From the NCBI RefSeq assembly GCF_009914755.1, contig NC_060947.1: DNA of 64,000 nt, one strand, 5' to 3'. Of the stretch, positions 1 through 13,598 are shown in pieces. Both the position numbers and the translations under genes were made by a program. Every line of letters starts with the position of its first letter. Positions within the stretch are counted from its first letter, which is position 1. The stretch comes from the human T2T-CHM13v2.0 reference genome, Homo sapiens. The notes under the pieces are model-generated. The model did not search any database and was not told where the DNA came from. It saw nothing but the letters and a program-made list of their open reading frames with translations.

Positions 1-300
1 AACAGGACTGGCATCTAAAGCTAAGGCTAAGGGTGCACTTCAATAAAGGCTGTAAAACAAGGCACAGCTGCCCTTGTTAGAGAATTCCACCCTGAACTGG
101 CTGTGATCCAGCACCTGCCAATGCCTGATTGAAACGTCTGATCCTTGAGAGAGATCATTTGATGGGCCCCTTAAGTAGCCTTTCATTTGGATTTCATTAA
201 TTATTCATTCCCTCCTCTGTTGTTGCTATCCACTCCACTCAGTTCATCCTGAAAGTACAGCCATTCCAGTTAAGTGTTTTTGTGTGTCCTCTCTCTAGAC

Positions 301-505
301 TCGCCCCACTTAACATGGTAGCCACTAGCCACATGTGGCCGTTTAAATTAAAATTAGCATTCGATAATTTTTTTAAATTCTGCTTCTTTATTGCACTAAC
401 CATATTTCAATGCTTGATAGCCACATGCAGCAGGTAACTACTGTGTTTGACAGCACAGACAGAGAACATTTCCATCATCACAGAAAGTTCCATAGGACAG
501 TGCTG
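301..505 (-). mobile_element. MER3 hAT-Charlie MITE
   Basis: TAGCCACTAGCCACATGTGG and AGAACATTTCCATCATCACAGAAAGTTC motifs; 8-bp TSD CTCTAGAC at 293-300 and 506-513. Confidence 0.85.
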
Positions 506-1006
506 CTCTAGACAGTGAGCTGCCTTAAGCAGGGACTGGCGCTTGGTAATCTCCATGCCAACACCACACACAGACCTGGCAGCAAGAAAGCATTTCCTAA
601 AGGTGTGTTCATTTTGATTACCAAAACTCTGTCACCAGTAGATAGTACCTGATATTACTTTGTGACAAAATCCATTTGGATTTCATGCCAAGAGCAAGCA
701 TCTCTGCAGAGGAACGTGTCTGCTGCCTGCTGCTGGATTAATAACTGCAGAGGCAGCTGGGACCCCTGGCTGCCAAAGATTTCAGACGCAAAGTAGGGAT
801 TCTAGCAGGGAGATTGGCACCTCTCAAGTGGCCAGTTACATTTATTTCCCCTGCTCTCTAAGGATGGTTTCTATTCTACCTTCTTCCTTTGTACATGTAA
901 GCAGTTTACAATTTGGGGGGAAGATGGGCCAGTATAAATCCTAAGTGAGTGAATACTCACCTAAACTGCATCGGTTTTTAAATTTTAAAATCCTGACCCT
1001 TTTCTG

Positions 1007-1385
<379 letters not shown>

Positions 1386-2469
1386 TCATAGATGCATCAT
1401 CTCAGGATTTTCCATTTCTCTGCCTTAATGGAGGCTAAGTACTCACACTATCCCTACGTTTGTCCAGGAAAGCCAGGACGCCACTCACCTGCCTGTCATC
1501 TGGGCTTACTGCCTGCACCTACACCACAAATTCAAGGGAATAGAGCTATTTATCAAAAAGGAAACCAACTTGGTCAATGGTGAGACCATTAACAAAAGCA
1601 AACAAGGCCCACTATAACATGGACCAGAATCAAAGTTGGACCTGAGGGATTGAATCGTGACCCAGCAAATGTGACAGTGGCACAAGCCTCTAGATCACTT
1701 GGGTTCAAGGAATAACACTCAAATCAGTCCCAGTAGATTGAGTCTGCTAATGGACGGGTGGGGAGCATAGCTTGATTCAACTTGAAATGAGCCATTTAAT
1801 AAGAATGTTTCACCATCATATGATAAAGACCTCACCTGATGCAGCTGCTTGCAAAGACTTGCCTTTCCCCTGCCCTCTGGCAAGGGGGTGATTAATCAAA
1901 GGAAAGCCTGCAGGTCAGAAAAACAGCTTCACACCTCCCTGTCTACCATGGAAACATTCCTGGACACTGCTTGTGGGAAATCTATGCGACAAACTCACTG
2001 GTATGTATGGCCAATTCTACAAATGTCTCTTTGGTGAAAACAACTTCTCTCCCTTAACACAAACAAGTAGGTATCCCTCTCCCACCTTGTGCTAGAGAGG
2101 GTGGGGGCAAACCAAAAATGCTAGTTGTTAGTCCCCAGTTTCCCTGAATGTTTGCACCATTTTAACTCTTGTTACCTCAGTCTAGATTTGAACACATTTG
2201 TCTTGATGAATTTATGCTTTCACACCTCAAAGCATGCTGAGTAATTAATATCCTCTGGACTTGCTAAGCACTGCAGCATTGCAAGTGAACATGAAAATGG
2301 CTTTCCTCTTATTCTGATTACTAAATGGATTTAGCTATTGCCACCTGAGCTCCAAATAATTTCATGAATAAATTTAAATCACTCCCAGAGAGGACAACAA
2401 TGACATGAAGCATTTCAGTCCACAACAGCCACAGCCACCAATCCACCTGCAGTGGCCATAAGAGGTCTG

Positions 2470-2506
2470 ACCCGGTCACTGACAGGGCACCCGGTCACTG
2501 ACAGGG
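2470..2506. repeat. 19-bp-period tandem duplication
   Basis: ACCCGGTCACTGACAGGG at 2470-2487 and 2489-2506. Confidence 0.9.
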
Positions 2507-2879
2507 TGACTCTTCCAGTCACCCACTATGGAAAGGAAAACATGATAAATAAGGGGTCACTGAGATGCAAGCGCCATGTCTAAAAGTCTTAAAGTGCTTT
2601 TACTTATTCCCGGGAAGTATCTAAGCGTCCGTATGTAGCAGGTTGCTTAATTTAAATGCAGGGGAAGGATTTTTTTTCTTTTTTAACAAATTGTATAAGT
2701 CACTTCGTTGATGAGTTTGTAATTGAAAGGCCAATTTCAATCTTCCTTTTCACACAGAAACGTAAATGTCTACAACGGTTGTTCACAAGGAAATCCCAAA
2801 TGTGCCTCAGATGCCTGCAAGGATAACCTTTTCCAAGAAGTCAGAGCTGAGAGCTAGGGAACTACTTAGCAAAAGAAAA

Positions 2880-3093
2880 ATGGAGTGGGTGCCAGGGGCT
2901 AGGGAGTGAAGGGAATGAAGACTGACTGCTAGAGGCTAAAGGGCATGGGGTTTCTTTTTCAGGTTGTGAAATGTTTTCTAGAACTAGATAGTGGTGATAG
3001 TTGCACAACATAATGAGTATATTAAACACAGAGTCGTGGGCTTTAAAATGGTGAATTTTATGTTTTGTGAATGATGCCTCAGTTTTTTAAAAA
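2880..3093 (+). mobile_element. L1MB-type 3' UTR fragment
   Basis: GGTGATAGTTGCACAACAT...CTTTAAAATGGTGAATTTTATG motifs. Confidence 0.75.
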
Positions 3094-3547
3094 TGGTGTT
3101 AGTGTGTCTCCATATACTGTCCCTGGCATTCCACTCTGTGGGGGAGTGCCCTGGGACCTCAGAGATCAGATGTCCTTTTTATGGGTGGGAGCCCAAGAGC
3201 CACAGTGGTTAATCATTAGGTAGCAGACATAGAAACTGCCCCAAAGCCAGAAGATGCAAGGTCTCGTCCCAGACTGCCACTCACTGACTGGGGGTCCTAG
3301 AGCAATCACTTGATCCCATAGGAGTGACCTGTTCCCCATGTGTAAAATGAAAGTGTCATACCTGATTACTCCTCCTCCCATGGTATAAGGTGGATGGCAT
3401 GATAGAAATAAAACTAGCAAAGACAAATAAGGTGCTGTCATGATGTGTCACAAGGCTTAGGGTCCCATGATAACCCTATGACAAGTGGCACATTGCTCTC
3501 AGGGCCACAGTGTCTGTGAAGCAGTGCAAGATACTAAGTGCTTTGTT

Positions 3548-3873
<326 letters not shown>

Positions 3874-3999
3874 AGATACTACATGTTTGTCAAAGGTGAC
3901 ACTGCTGGTGTCACACACACAATTGGGGCCAAGGTTTCCAAACTCTGGTCAAAGGCTGTTCCAGGGCAACACATGAGGATATCGGCACTGGTGACCAGC

Positions 4000-4230
4000 T
4001 TTGGAGCCAAACAGGCAGGATGCAGACACCAGCTCTGCCACTTAGCAGGAGAGACACCTTGCGCAAGGGACTTAACAGCGCTATACCTCAGTTTCCTCAT
4101 CTATAAAATGGAGATAACAAGAGACCCTACTGCAGTGAGTTAATGTGAGGATTAAATAATCATTATATATAAAGCATTTAGCACAATATGTGACATAGGA
4201 ATCCCTCAAATGTTAGCTAATATTATTATT
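4000..4230 (+). mobile_element. MIR
   Basis: Core CCTCAGTTTCCTCATCTATAAAATGG and 3' end AAATGTTAGCTAATATTATTATT. Confidence 0.85.
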
Positions 4231-4884
4231 AAATTTGGTATTAAGTAGAATCCACTAGTAAGTAGAAGGCCTTCAATAAATATGCATGAGTAAATGGCTT
4301 ATAAGAGAATCATTAAAATGTTCAAAAGCTTAATGGATGAAGAGAGAAAAAAGCCACACTCTAATCTAAACTCACCCAGTGCTTGATAAGCCTTTAGATT
4401 CTACTGATACGACATAAGTTTGGGAAACTGAGGCACAAGAATGTAAGTGATTTGGACAAGGCCACCCCAAATCAGTCTGTTGACTAATAACAAATGCACA
4501 TGGTATTTCCTTCCCCTGAAGGCAGCATAAACACCAATGGATCCTGTGTACTTTCTTAAGTCAGGTAAGAATCTATGTCTAGTTGGTGTTGCATGTATGA
4601 ACATTTCCAAATCAGAGCCAGGCAGAGTGGAACAGGACCTCAGAAATCATCAAGATTTTCAGCCTTGCCATCTGGCCAGGCCAATGCAGAGGGAGAAAGG
4701 CGCTGAGCACGAGGCACCTCCTACCCTGTATCCCCAACCCAGACCTTTGTCCTCAATTCCAATCCTGCAGGTCCTGCTACCCAGGGGAGATTTCCATAGC
4801 ACCTCCAAGGAAGCATGTCCTGAATTGGACTCTGTCTTCCCTTGTGCTAGTAATCCTGGTCCAGCTATCCTTGTGCTAGTAATA

Positions 4885-5105
4885 CCCAGTCTTAACTACT
4901 GTTGTGTTGTAGTAAGTTTTGAAATGGGGAAGTGTGAGTCTACCAACTTTGTGCCTGTTTTTCAAGCTTGTTTGGCTATTTTGGGTCCCTTGGATTTCTG
5001 TATGAATTTTAGGATCAGCTTGTCAATTTCTGCAAAAAGACAGCTGGGATTCTGATAGGGATTGTGTTGAATCTGTAGTTCAATTTGGGAAGTATCATTC
5101 CATCT
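4885..5105 (-). mobile_element. L1M ORF2 fragment
   Basis: GAATTTTAGGATCAGCTTGTCAATTTCTGCAAAAA...GGGATTGTGTTGAATCTGTAG. Confidence 0.8.
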
Positions 5106-5109
5106 ATTT

Positions 5110-5760
5110 TTAAACATGCTCAAATCTCTCCCATTTTAACTAGAAAACCCTCTTTTGACTGTACATCCCCATCTTGATACTGCTTTCTCTCCCACCCCTT
5201 CATAACCAAACTCATAAAATGACTATCTATCCTTGCTGTATCTGCTTGCTCCCTCTCAAATCACTCCTCAGTATCTCACAGCCAGCTCCCACTCAGAATC
5301 CACAAAACTAAATGCCAAGCCCTGGCTCTCCAACCTAGACCCTTTTCCTGAGTTCCCTGTTTGTTTCACTGAATGGCACAGCCACCCACTGCATTGTCCA
5401 AGCCAGAAAGCTGTACACTGTCCCGACATCTTCTCCTTCATTCTCCATAGCCACCCTGTCACCAAGAACTGTCAATTCCACCCCCAGCACATGCACAAAG
5501 CCCACCACTTTTCCACTGCCACTACCAAGCCAGGCAGCGATCATCTTTCCCCTGGACAGCCACAAGCACCATCCTCCTGCTCCTTCCAGGTCTATGCTCC
5601 ATCCAATCCATTCTCCACACAGCAGGCAGGGAGTCCTCCTTTTTCCTTTTTAAACAAACTTCAAGGCACATCACTTCCCTGCTCAAAACTCCCAAAGGCC
5701 TCCTCACTACACTGAATATAAGCTCCATATGCCTAACTATGGCCTGCAGGCCCCCCCCCC
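5110..5760 (+). mobile_element. L2 fragment
   Basis: CAATCCATTCTCCACACAGCAG...CATCACTTCCCTGCTCAAAACTCC L2 motifs. Confidence 0.7.
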
Positions 5761-5879
5761 CTTGTACTATACCTCTCACAGTATTACATAAATTATATTA
5801 TTTGTTTTCAAATAATGTGTGTCCACTGTGAAAATCTTAGAAAATGCAGAAAAGAAGAAATAAAATAACGGCAAGTGGT

Positions 5880-6213
5880 TAACAATATGGGTGAACCTTG
5901 AAAACATTATGCTAAGTGTAATAAGTCAATCACAAGAAGGCAAATACTATATTCCCATTTTATGAGGTCCCTAGAGTAGTCAAATTCACAGAGATAGATG
6001 GTAGAATGATGACTGCCAGGGGCTGGGGAGAGTGGGAGATGGGAAATTGCTTAATGATTAGAGGTTCAGTTTTGCAAGATAAAAAAGTTATGGAGATTGG
6101 TTGTACAACAATGTGAACACCCTTAACACCACTAACAATACACTTAGAAATCATCTAAGATGGTAAGTATTATGTGGGTTCTTTTTCCACAATTTAAAAA
6201 AAAAAAAAAAAAA
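5880..6213 (+). mobile_element. 5'-truncated L1MA/MB 3' end with poly(A)
   Basis: GAACCTTGAAAACATTATGCTAAGTG; A tail; degenerate TSD AAC(G/A)GCAAGTG. Confidence 0.85.
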
Positions 6214-6909
6214 CAGCAAGTGATGCTTTTTAAAAATCAAAATTCAGAAAGACAAAGCCAATTATCTCAAGGCATGTTAACTTTGGACAGAATCTGAAAT
6301 ATCATCTAATTGACCATCCCTAAAATGCAGCAAAGTAATCTCCAGTGTATAATAGAGGTTCTCAGCCAGGGAGGATGAGCTGACCAACCTCAGAAACCTC
6401 CTCCCCCTCAGAATTCACTGGGCTGGGGACCCAGGCATGTGCTTTGGAAGTACATTCATTCGTTGGAAGAGTCACGTTTTTGGAAAGTTTTTTGTGTTGA
6501 CCCCAAAACTGGCCAGTAGATTACCCTGGCACTACAAAGAATAAGTTTGTCCCCTGCTGTCGTATGCTCCTTTAGACATGTGGATCCCGTGCTAAGGGTC
6601 ACTGGCTACCCGCACCAGGAGATCCTGTCTCCCCACCACAACCTCCACTTCAACCACTTCCTCCCTTTGACTTGTGCAACTTTTCTCCATGAACTTGTCC
6701 ATGTGCGTCATACTGCTGGGAAACAGCTTGCTCAAATTCCCTTCCCAAATATACCTAATGGCAGACTGTGGCCTCTATCAACAATCACACTCAAATTCAA
6801 CACCTGTGTACACAGTTAGGCGATGAAGCCCCAACAGCCGTTGGCACTTCTGTGGTGCTTTGTAAACACTGACTAAGCAATCTGGTGAGCAGCGTCAAAA
6901 ACAGAATGA

Positions 6910-7346
6910 GGCCAGGCACGGTGGCTCATGACTGTAATCTCAGCACATTGGGAGGCCAAGGCAGGATGATTGCTTGAGCCCAGGAGTTTGAGACCAGCCT
7001 GAGCAACATAGTGAGACCCTGTCCCTATAAAATTTTTAAAAAATTAAAAATTAGCTGGGTATGGTAGTACATGCCTGTAGTCCCAGCTACTTGGGAGGCT
7101 GAGGCAGGAGGATTACTTGAGCCAGCCAGGGTGACAGGGTGAGACTCCATCTCTACAAAAAGTTTTTTAAAATTAGCCAAGTGTGGTGGCATACACCTGT
7201 AGTCCCAGCTACTCAGCAGGCTGAGGTGGGAGGATTGCTTGAGCCCAGGAGGTTGAGGCTGCAGTGAGCCATGACCGCACCACTGCGCTCCAGCCTGGGA
7301 GACAGAGGTAGACTCTGTCTCAAATTGAAACTATACAAAACAAAAC
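6910..7346 (+). mobile_element. Compound three-arm AluJ
   Basis: Left arm, partial right arm, second linker, full right arm; flanked by ACAGAATGAG. Confidence 0.9.
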
Positions 7347-8158
7347 ACAGAATGAGCTAGCCCTTGTATATCAGTACATCCTGCTCCATAACCTTCTGAA
7401 GCCAGCTTGTCATGGAAGCAGGCAATCAGTCTGGCTCATTCCACACCACAAATCTTCCAAGTGAGTAAGAACCCACTGATTCCTGCATCTGTAGAAAATG
7501 GGAGATAGGATGTATGACAACTTCAAGGAACATTACTAGGCCCACATCTGCTTGATCTGGCCAACTAAATCCCTAAGCCAGTTCTATATAATATAAATTA
7601 AATAAGCATTTAATACTACGCAAAATAAAATTACAGCTATTCAGCTGACCTTTCCCCTTTTCCACTCTGTATTTGTGCCTGTTTACAAGCCCAGTGGGGA
7701 AGGTATGCCAAGAATAGAGATGTTCTGAGGACACAACAAGCCAATTAAAACAACAAAACAAAACAAAAAACTAGAAATGACAAATATCCTGCAAGTCTAG
7801 ATTGTTGAACATGCCTGATCAGGTTGGAGAGGGAAGCAGGAGGAGCCCAAAGAAAGTCTCCTGTATGTCCTAAAGTGGAATCTAGCTTGCCTACTTTCTA
7901 AGCCACATTCCAGCCCACATGTGTCCCTTAAGACATGAACCAAGCCAGGCTTGGCAGCAGGCACCTCACCATTAAGGCCAGCTCAGCAGTGGCCATGCTC
8001 ACCACTCAGAGCCCAGCAACTTAGTAGACCACGTTTATCCCCCAGTTTCACAGAACACATGCCCCTGACAGGGATCCCAAATTTCCCATCCCTACCTAGA
8101 ACATGTAGGCACCAGCGGACGTGCACATAGAAACAAATATTACACCAGAGGGCTACCC

Positions 8159-8260
8159 ATGTTGCAACAAAGTGATTCTCACAGAGATAAATGTTGCAAC
8201 AAAGTGATAGAAACACAGTACAACAAAGTGATACTCCATAGAAACAAATGTTGCAACAAA
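8159..8260. repeat. Degenerate minisatellite of ATGTTGCAACAAAGTGAT
   Basis: Copies at 8159, 8191, 8219 (partial), 8248. Confidence 0.85.
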
Positions 8261-8465
8261 GGATGATCTTATTTGTGTGAAGGACTAATATTTCCTATTC
8301 CATTTTATCTCATTCAATATGCTAGTTGCAACTCAACTACTTGCACAGGCCACTGATGGGTTGAGCCCCAGGTGCAACAACATTGTACAGATGCTGCCTA
8401 AGAAGTGAGGTGTTTCTTGTATCACAGCCAATCCAGGACTGAAGAAACTCTCTAACCAGGAGTAC

Positions 8466-8778
<313 letters not shown>

Positions 8779-9178
8779 TACCATGAGTATTTTCTAACCA
8801 AATGTGAAAGCCCTCCCCTCCAAGTCAAGACATCTGAATCCTTCACTTGATTCTGTGCCTTCGAACTTGGGCAAATTGCTCCCATCTTCTTCCTCCCTTT
8901 TCCCATTCTGTAGAAGGAAGGGATGGGATTAGATAATATAGGACAACATCCACTTATTGAGGACCTAGCAAGGAGCAGCTGCCATGTCAGACACATGGCA
9001 TCAACACTTCAGTGGTTTGTGAGCTGGCATGGTGCCGATGAGCAGCCTCTTTCACCAATGAGGAGCTGAGGCTCAGATAGATGCAGCAGCACGGGGTCAT
9101 GCAGCTGGACAGGTCTGATTCCCCCACACATGCCTGCCCCTAAGGTGCTCTAAAAGTAAAGTGCTATGATGAGACAGC

Positions 9179-9648
9179 TGTATTTTCTATTGGTGCTATA
9201 ACAAATTCCCACATAGTGGCTCAAAACAGGACAATTTTATGACCTTGCAGTTCCAGAGATCAGAAGTCTAAAATGGGTGGCCCTGGGTTAAAACCGGGGC
9301 ACCAGCAGGCTGTGTTCCTTCTGAAGCTTCCAATCCATTTCCTTGCCTTTGCCAGCTTCTGGAGGTCACCTGCATTCCTTACTTAGCTCATGGCTCTTTC
9401 TCCATTTTCAAAGTATATCACTCCAAACCCTGCTTCTATAATCACATCTACCTCCCTCTTTGACATATCAGGCCCCCTTTGATCACATTGGGCCCACTTG
9501 GATAATCCAGGACAATTTCCCATCTTAAGATCCATAACTTAGCCCTATTTGAAAGTCCCGTTTGCCATGTAACGTCACATATTCACAGGTCCCAGAGATT
9601 AGGATGTGGACCTCTGAGCAGGGAGGGAACATTAGTCTACTGACCACA
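9179..9648 (-). mobile_element. MLT1 (MaLR) solo LTR
   Basis: TG...CA ends, GGGCCCACTTGGATAATCCAGG motif, 5-bp TSD ACAGC. Confidence 0.85.
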
Positions 9649-10114
9649 ACAGCCAATAACCATCATCTGTTTTACTGTTTCAAGCATTTAAATTGTTCAC
9701 TACTGCTTGGATGAAAGAACTCTTCTCCACATCATTACTCCAGAGTGAAAATCCACTTTATGCTGGGTAGTTAAGGAAGGTGTGCCAGGGTGGTGAACTT
9801 ACACTAAAAGGGGCCAACTCTGGAGTTGCAGAAGTGCATTTGGCCAAAACAACATTTTTAGAAGTTCGCTCTGTTGTGTGGAGACTTGTTTGTAGGAGGC
9901 CAGTTGGGGAGCTGTGGTTGTTTTCCAAACCTGTAAGGACAATGGCTGAGCACAGGATGACAGCTCCCCATCACACCCTGGACCTCTGGACTTCACTTGG
10001 TTGCTAAACTTCAGCAGGCTCTATCCCACCTCAGGGCCCTCAGGGGTCCCTCTGCCCGGAAGACTCCTCCCATCTCTTCCCTTCACTAAATTCTGCTTGG
10101 GCACCTCAGACTCC

Positions 10115-10610
10115 TTTTTGAACAGCTTTGTTGAAAGTGTGAAATTCAGTGATTTCTAGTATATTCACAATGTTGTGTAACCATCACCTATCATTTTCCA
10201 CATTTCCATCACCCCAAAGGGAAAACCCGGACTCATTAAACAGTCCATCCTCCTCATCATCCCTCCCCCAGCCCCCAGCAACCACTAATCTCCTTTCTGT
10301 CTCTATAGATTTGCCTGCTCTGGTCACCTCAGATGAATGGAATCATCCAGTACATGCTCTTTCATGACTGGCTTCTTTCACTCAGCATGTCTTCAAGCTT
10401 CATCCATGTTGGAGCATAGATCCGAATTTCCTTCCTTCTTATGGCTGAAAAAAGTCCACTGAATGAGTAGACTATATTTTGTTCATCCATTCATCAGTTG
10501 ATGGTCATTTGGGGTTTTCTTTCACTTTTTGCTATAATTATAAGTAGTGCTCTGTGAACATGTACAGCCGGGTTTTCAGTTTTCTTGGGTCTATATGTAG
10601 GAGTGGAATG
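10115..10610 (-). mobile_element. L1MB 3' fragment
   Basis: CCCCAGCAACCACTAATCT...GGCTTCTTTCACTCAGCAT. Confidence 0.8.
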
Positions 10611-10999
10611 ACTACTTTGACAGTAAAATACAATAAGCAATCACCACGGAAGTTTCTGAAATCCATTCATGCTGCACGATCCTGCTGCTTATCACTGACC
10701 CCTCTTGACTCCCAGTCCTCAGGGAGGTATACAGGGGACTACTACCCCACCATTCACAGCCACTTTAGGCCGTGTCACCCAGACTTGCACCTTCAGACAG
10801 ACACAAGAACACACGTAAGTGCACCTAGACATACTCCAGCAAGTGAAATGATACGTGTATAGGATGAAGCCAAGAAATGGAAAAGTTTTACCCACACATA
10901 TTTGGAAATTATTTAGGAAGAAGAGCTCTGAACACTGTAACCTGCTCTGACATCCATGCTGTGTGGTGGTGGGGCAGCAAAGAGCACACATGCTAAAAT

Positions 11000-11170
11000 C
11001 AGATCATCTGGGTGACAGTCCTGCCTCAAACCCCCCACCCACCCACTTCACTGCTGGGCACCTCAGTTTCCTTGCCTGTAAAATGAAGATGATAAAACAG
11101 TCCCTGCTGCATCGGGCTCTTGTGAGGACTCAGTGAGCTGGCACAGGTAAAGCATAGTGTTCGATAAGCG
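11000..11170 (+). mobile_element. MIR
   Basis: CCTCAGTTTCCTTGCCTGTAAAATG core. Confidence 0.7.
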
Positions 11171-12102
11171 TGCACAGTCCTCCCCTTCCCCTAGGAGCTT
11201 CCAGCAGTCAAGGCCAGTCAGTTCTCCTAGTTTACAGCTCTGCCAAAATAGACCTAGCAAGAAGGGGTCTTCTCAAGGTCACTCAGCTGGTTGGCACAGG
11301 TCTGCGACTATAATCTCTTTAATGATAAAAAAGCACAACGAAACTCCCTTGGGAAGACGAACTTCAGAAGTGATAAGCCTTTTCTACAGCACAAGCAGCA
11401 ATGCAAGCCCCATTTAGCTGAAACAATCCAGTGCACCATGTTCAAACCATTCAAGAGTAATAACAAATCTGTGTTCAGTCCCCCATTTGGCAATCACTGC
11501 TATTACCATGAAGGTCCAATCCCAGAGACATACCTGAGAAGGATATGCCTGAGAGATGTTCCAGTATGATATGACAAAAAAGGAGGAGAAAAATCCAAGT
11601 AGCAGAGAATGGCTAATGAGCTATGAAGTTACAGTCAGATAGGCAAGATGTACCTCCTTTGGGAGCCCTTCTCTGATGTGTCCCCTCCACACCATCAAAA
11701 CACCAGGTGTAATATCATCAGCTTGGCTCTTGCAACCCCCACATAACAGGAGCCCATGGGGCAGTGAGGAGACCAGTCCTCTTTCTTGTCCTAGTCCTGA
11801 GCCCAGAGCCTGGGCCCAGAGAATGCATACTTCAACTTTCGCTCTACTCGTAAAACAAGCGGCCCACCAAGTGCTTTTCCCAATAGCAAGCCACTCTTGA
11901 AATAATTTAATCTGAAATTATCCTGTCTGTTTTACCTGCCTACTCTGTCTGCCTCCACTTTGGGTCATTTAATTATTGCTACCCATAACAAGATGCAAAA
12001 CTGCTTAGGAATTCCCTGGGTGCTGGTTGGCTGGGGACTTGTTGGCAGCTAACCCACAAAGTCTTTCCTTAGCATAGGCAAAGAATGATGCCTTATACTT
12101 TT

Positions 12103-12511
12103 TGTTATGGGCTGAATTGTGCCCCCTCCCAATTCATACATTGAAATCCTAACTCCTATTAATTTAGAATATGACCATATTTGGAGAGAGGGTCTTAACA
12201 GAGGTAATCAAGTTAAAATGAAGTCATTAGGGTGGGCTCTAATTCGTTATGACTGCTATCTTGGGCATTTGAACACAGACGCACACAGAGAGAGAAGACA
12301 ATGTGAAGAGACACAGAGAGAAGATGGATACTGATAAGCTCAGAAGAGCGGCCTGGAACAGATTCTGTCTCACAACCCTCAGAAGGAACCAACCCTGCCA
12401 ACACCTTGACCTCAGATTTCCAGCCTCCAGAATCATGAGATTATACATACCTGCTGCAGAGGCCCCCGATTATGTGGCATTTCATGACAGTAGCTCTAGG
12501 AAACTAACATA
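12103..12511 (+). mobile_element. MLT1 solo LTR
   Basis: TGTTATGGGCTGAATTGTG start; CCTGCCAACACCTTGACCTCAGATTTCCAGCCTCCAGAA; AAACTAACA end. Confidence 0.85.
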
Positions 12512-12763
12512 GCCTTCATGGCTCCCTGTGGCTGCCTGCTGCCCCCCCTCCCCCCGGTGGTTCACTGCAGCTGGTACAATAAGGGAGGAAAGGGGACCCA
12601 TGGAAACAGACAGATGGCCTAAAGAAGACATCTGCCTCTCTGCCAGGAACCTGAGCAATCGTGAGGAAGTGACTTTGCTGCTCTGTGCTCTCCATATGTA
12701 AGATGGAAGTAACACCTGCTGCCATGCACAATCACTACTGACTGGTGCATGACTGGTTATTGC

Positions 12764-13598
12764 TGTGGTTTGTACTGTGTCTCCCAGAAGGAAATGTTCA
12801 AATCTGAACACCTGGTACCTGTGAATGTGACTTTATTTGGAAATAGGGTCACTACAGATGTAATGAGTTAAGGTGAGGTCATACTGGAGTGGAGTGGGTC
12901 CCATATCCAGTGTGGCTGGTTGTATTAGTCCATTCTTGCCTTGCTATAAAGAACTACCTGAGACTACATAATTTATGAAGAAAAGAGGTTAAATTGATTC
13001 ACAGTTCCATAGGCTATGCAGGAAGCATGGCTGGGGAGGCCTCAGGAAACTTACAGTCATGGTGGTAGGTAAAGGGGAAGCAGGCACATCTTCACATGGT
13101 GGAGCAGGAGAGAGACTGTGAGGGGGGAAGTGCCACACACTTTTAAACCATGAGATCTCGTGATAACTCACTCACTATCATGAGAACAATGAGGGGGAAA
13201 TCCGTCCCCATGATCAAATCACCTCTTACCAGGTCCCTCCTCCAATGCTGAGGATCACAATGAGACATGAGATTTGACTGAGGACACAAATCCAAACCAT
13301 ATCACTGGTGTCCTTATAAGAAGAGCAAAAGATAGAGGCACACAAGGGAGAACTCCATGTGAACATGGAGGCAGAGATTGAAGTGATGTAGCTGCAGGCC
13401 AAGGAACACCAAGGATCGCTACCAGCAGCTAACGGGGGCAAGAAAGGACCCTCCCATACAGCTATCAGAGGGATTGTGCCCTGCTAACACCTTGATCTCT
13501 GAATTCTAGGCTCCAGAACTGTGGGAGAATGCATCTTTGTTGTTTTGAATCACATCATTTGTGGTACATTGTAATGGCAGCCCCAGGAAACTCATACA
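12764..13598 (+). mobile_element. MLT1 solo LTR interrupted by MSTA
   Basis: GTGAATGTGACTTTATTTGGAAATAGGGTC ... CTGGTGTCCTTATAAGAAGAG ... GGAAACTCATACA. Confidence 0.85.
12921..13304 (-). mobile_element. MSTA-type solo LTR nested in MLT1
   Basis: TGTATTAGTCCATTCTT...CCAAACCATATCA; 5-bp TSD CTGGT at 12916-12920 and 13305-13309. Confidence 0.9.

Noticed and set aside
4537-5715. 172-aa and 160-aa + strand ORFs
   Set aside because: Overlap antisense L1 and L2 relics; no coding signature or splice context
8159-8260. Repeat-spacer-like pattern suggestive of CRISPR
   Set aside because: Eukaryotic context, only 3-4 degenerate copies, spacers related to each other, no cas genes
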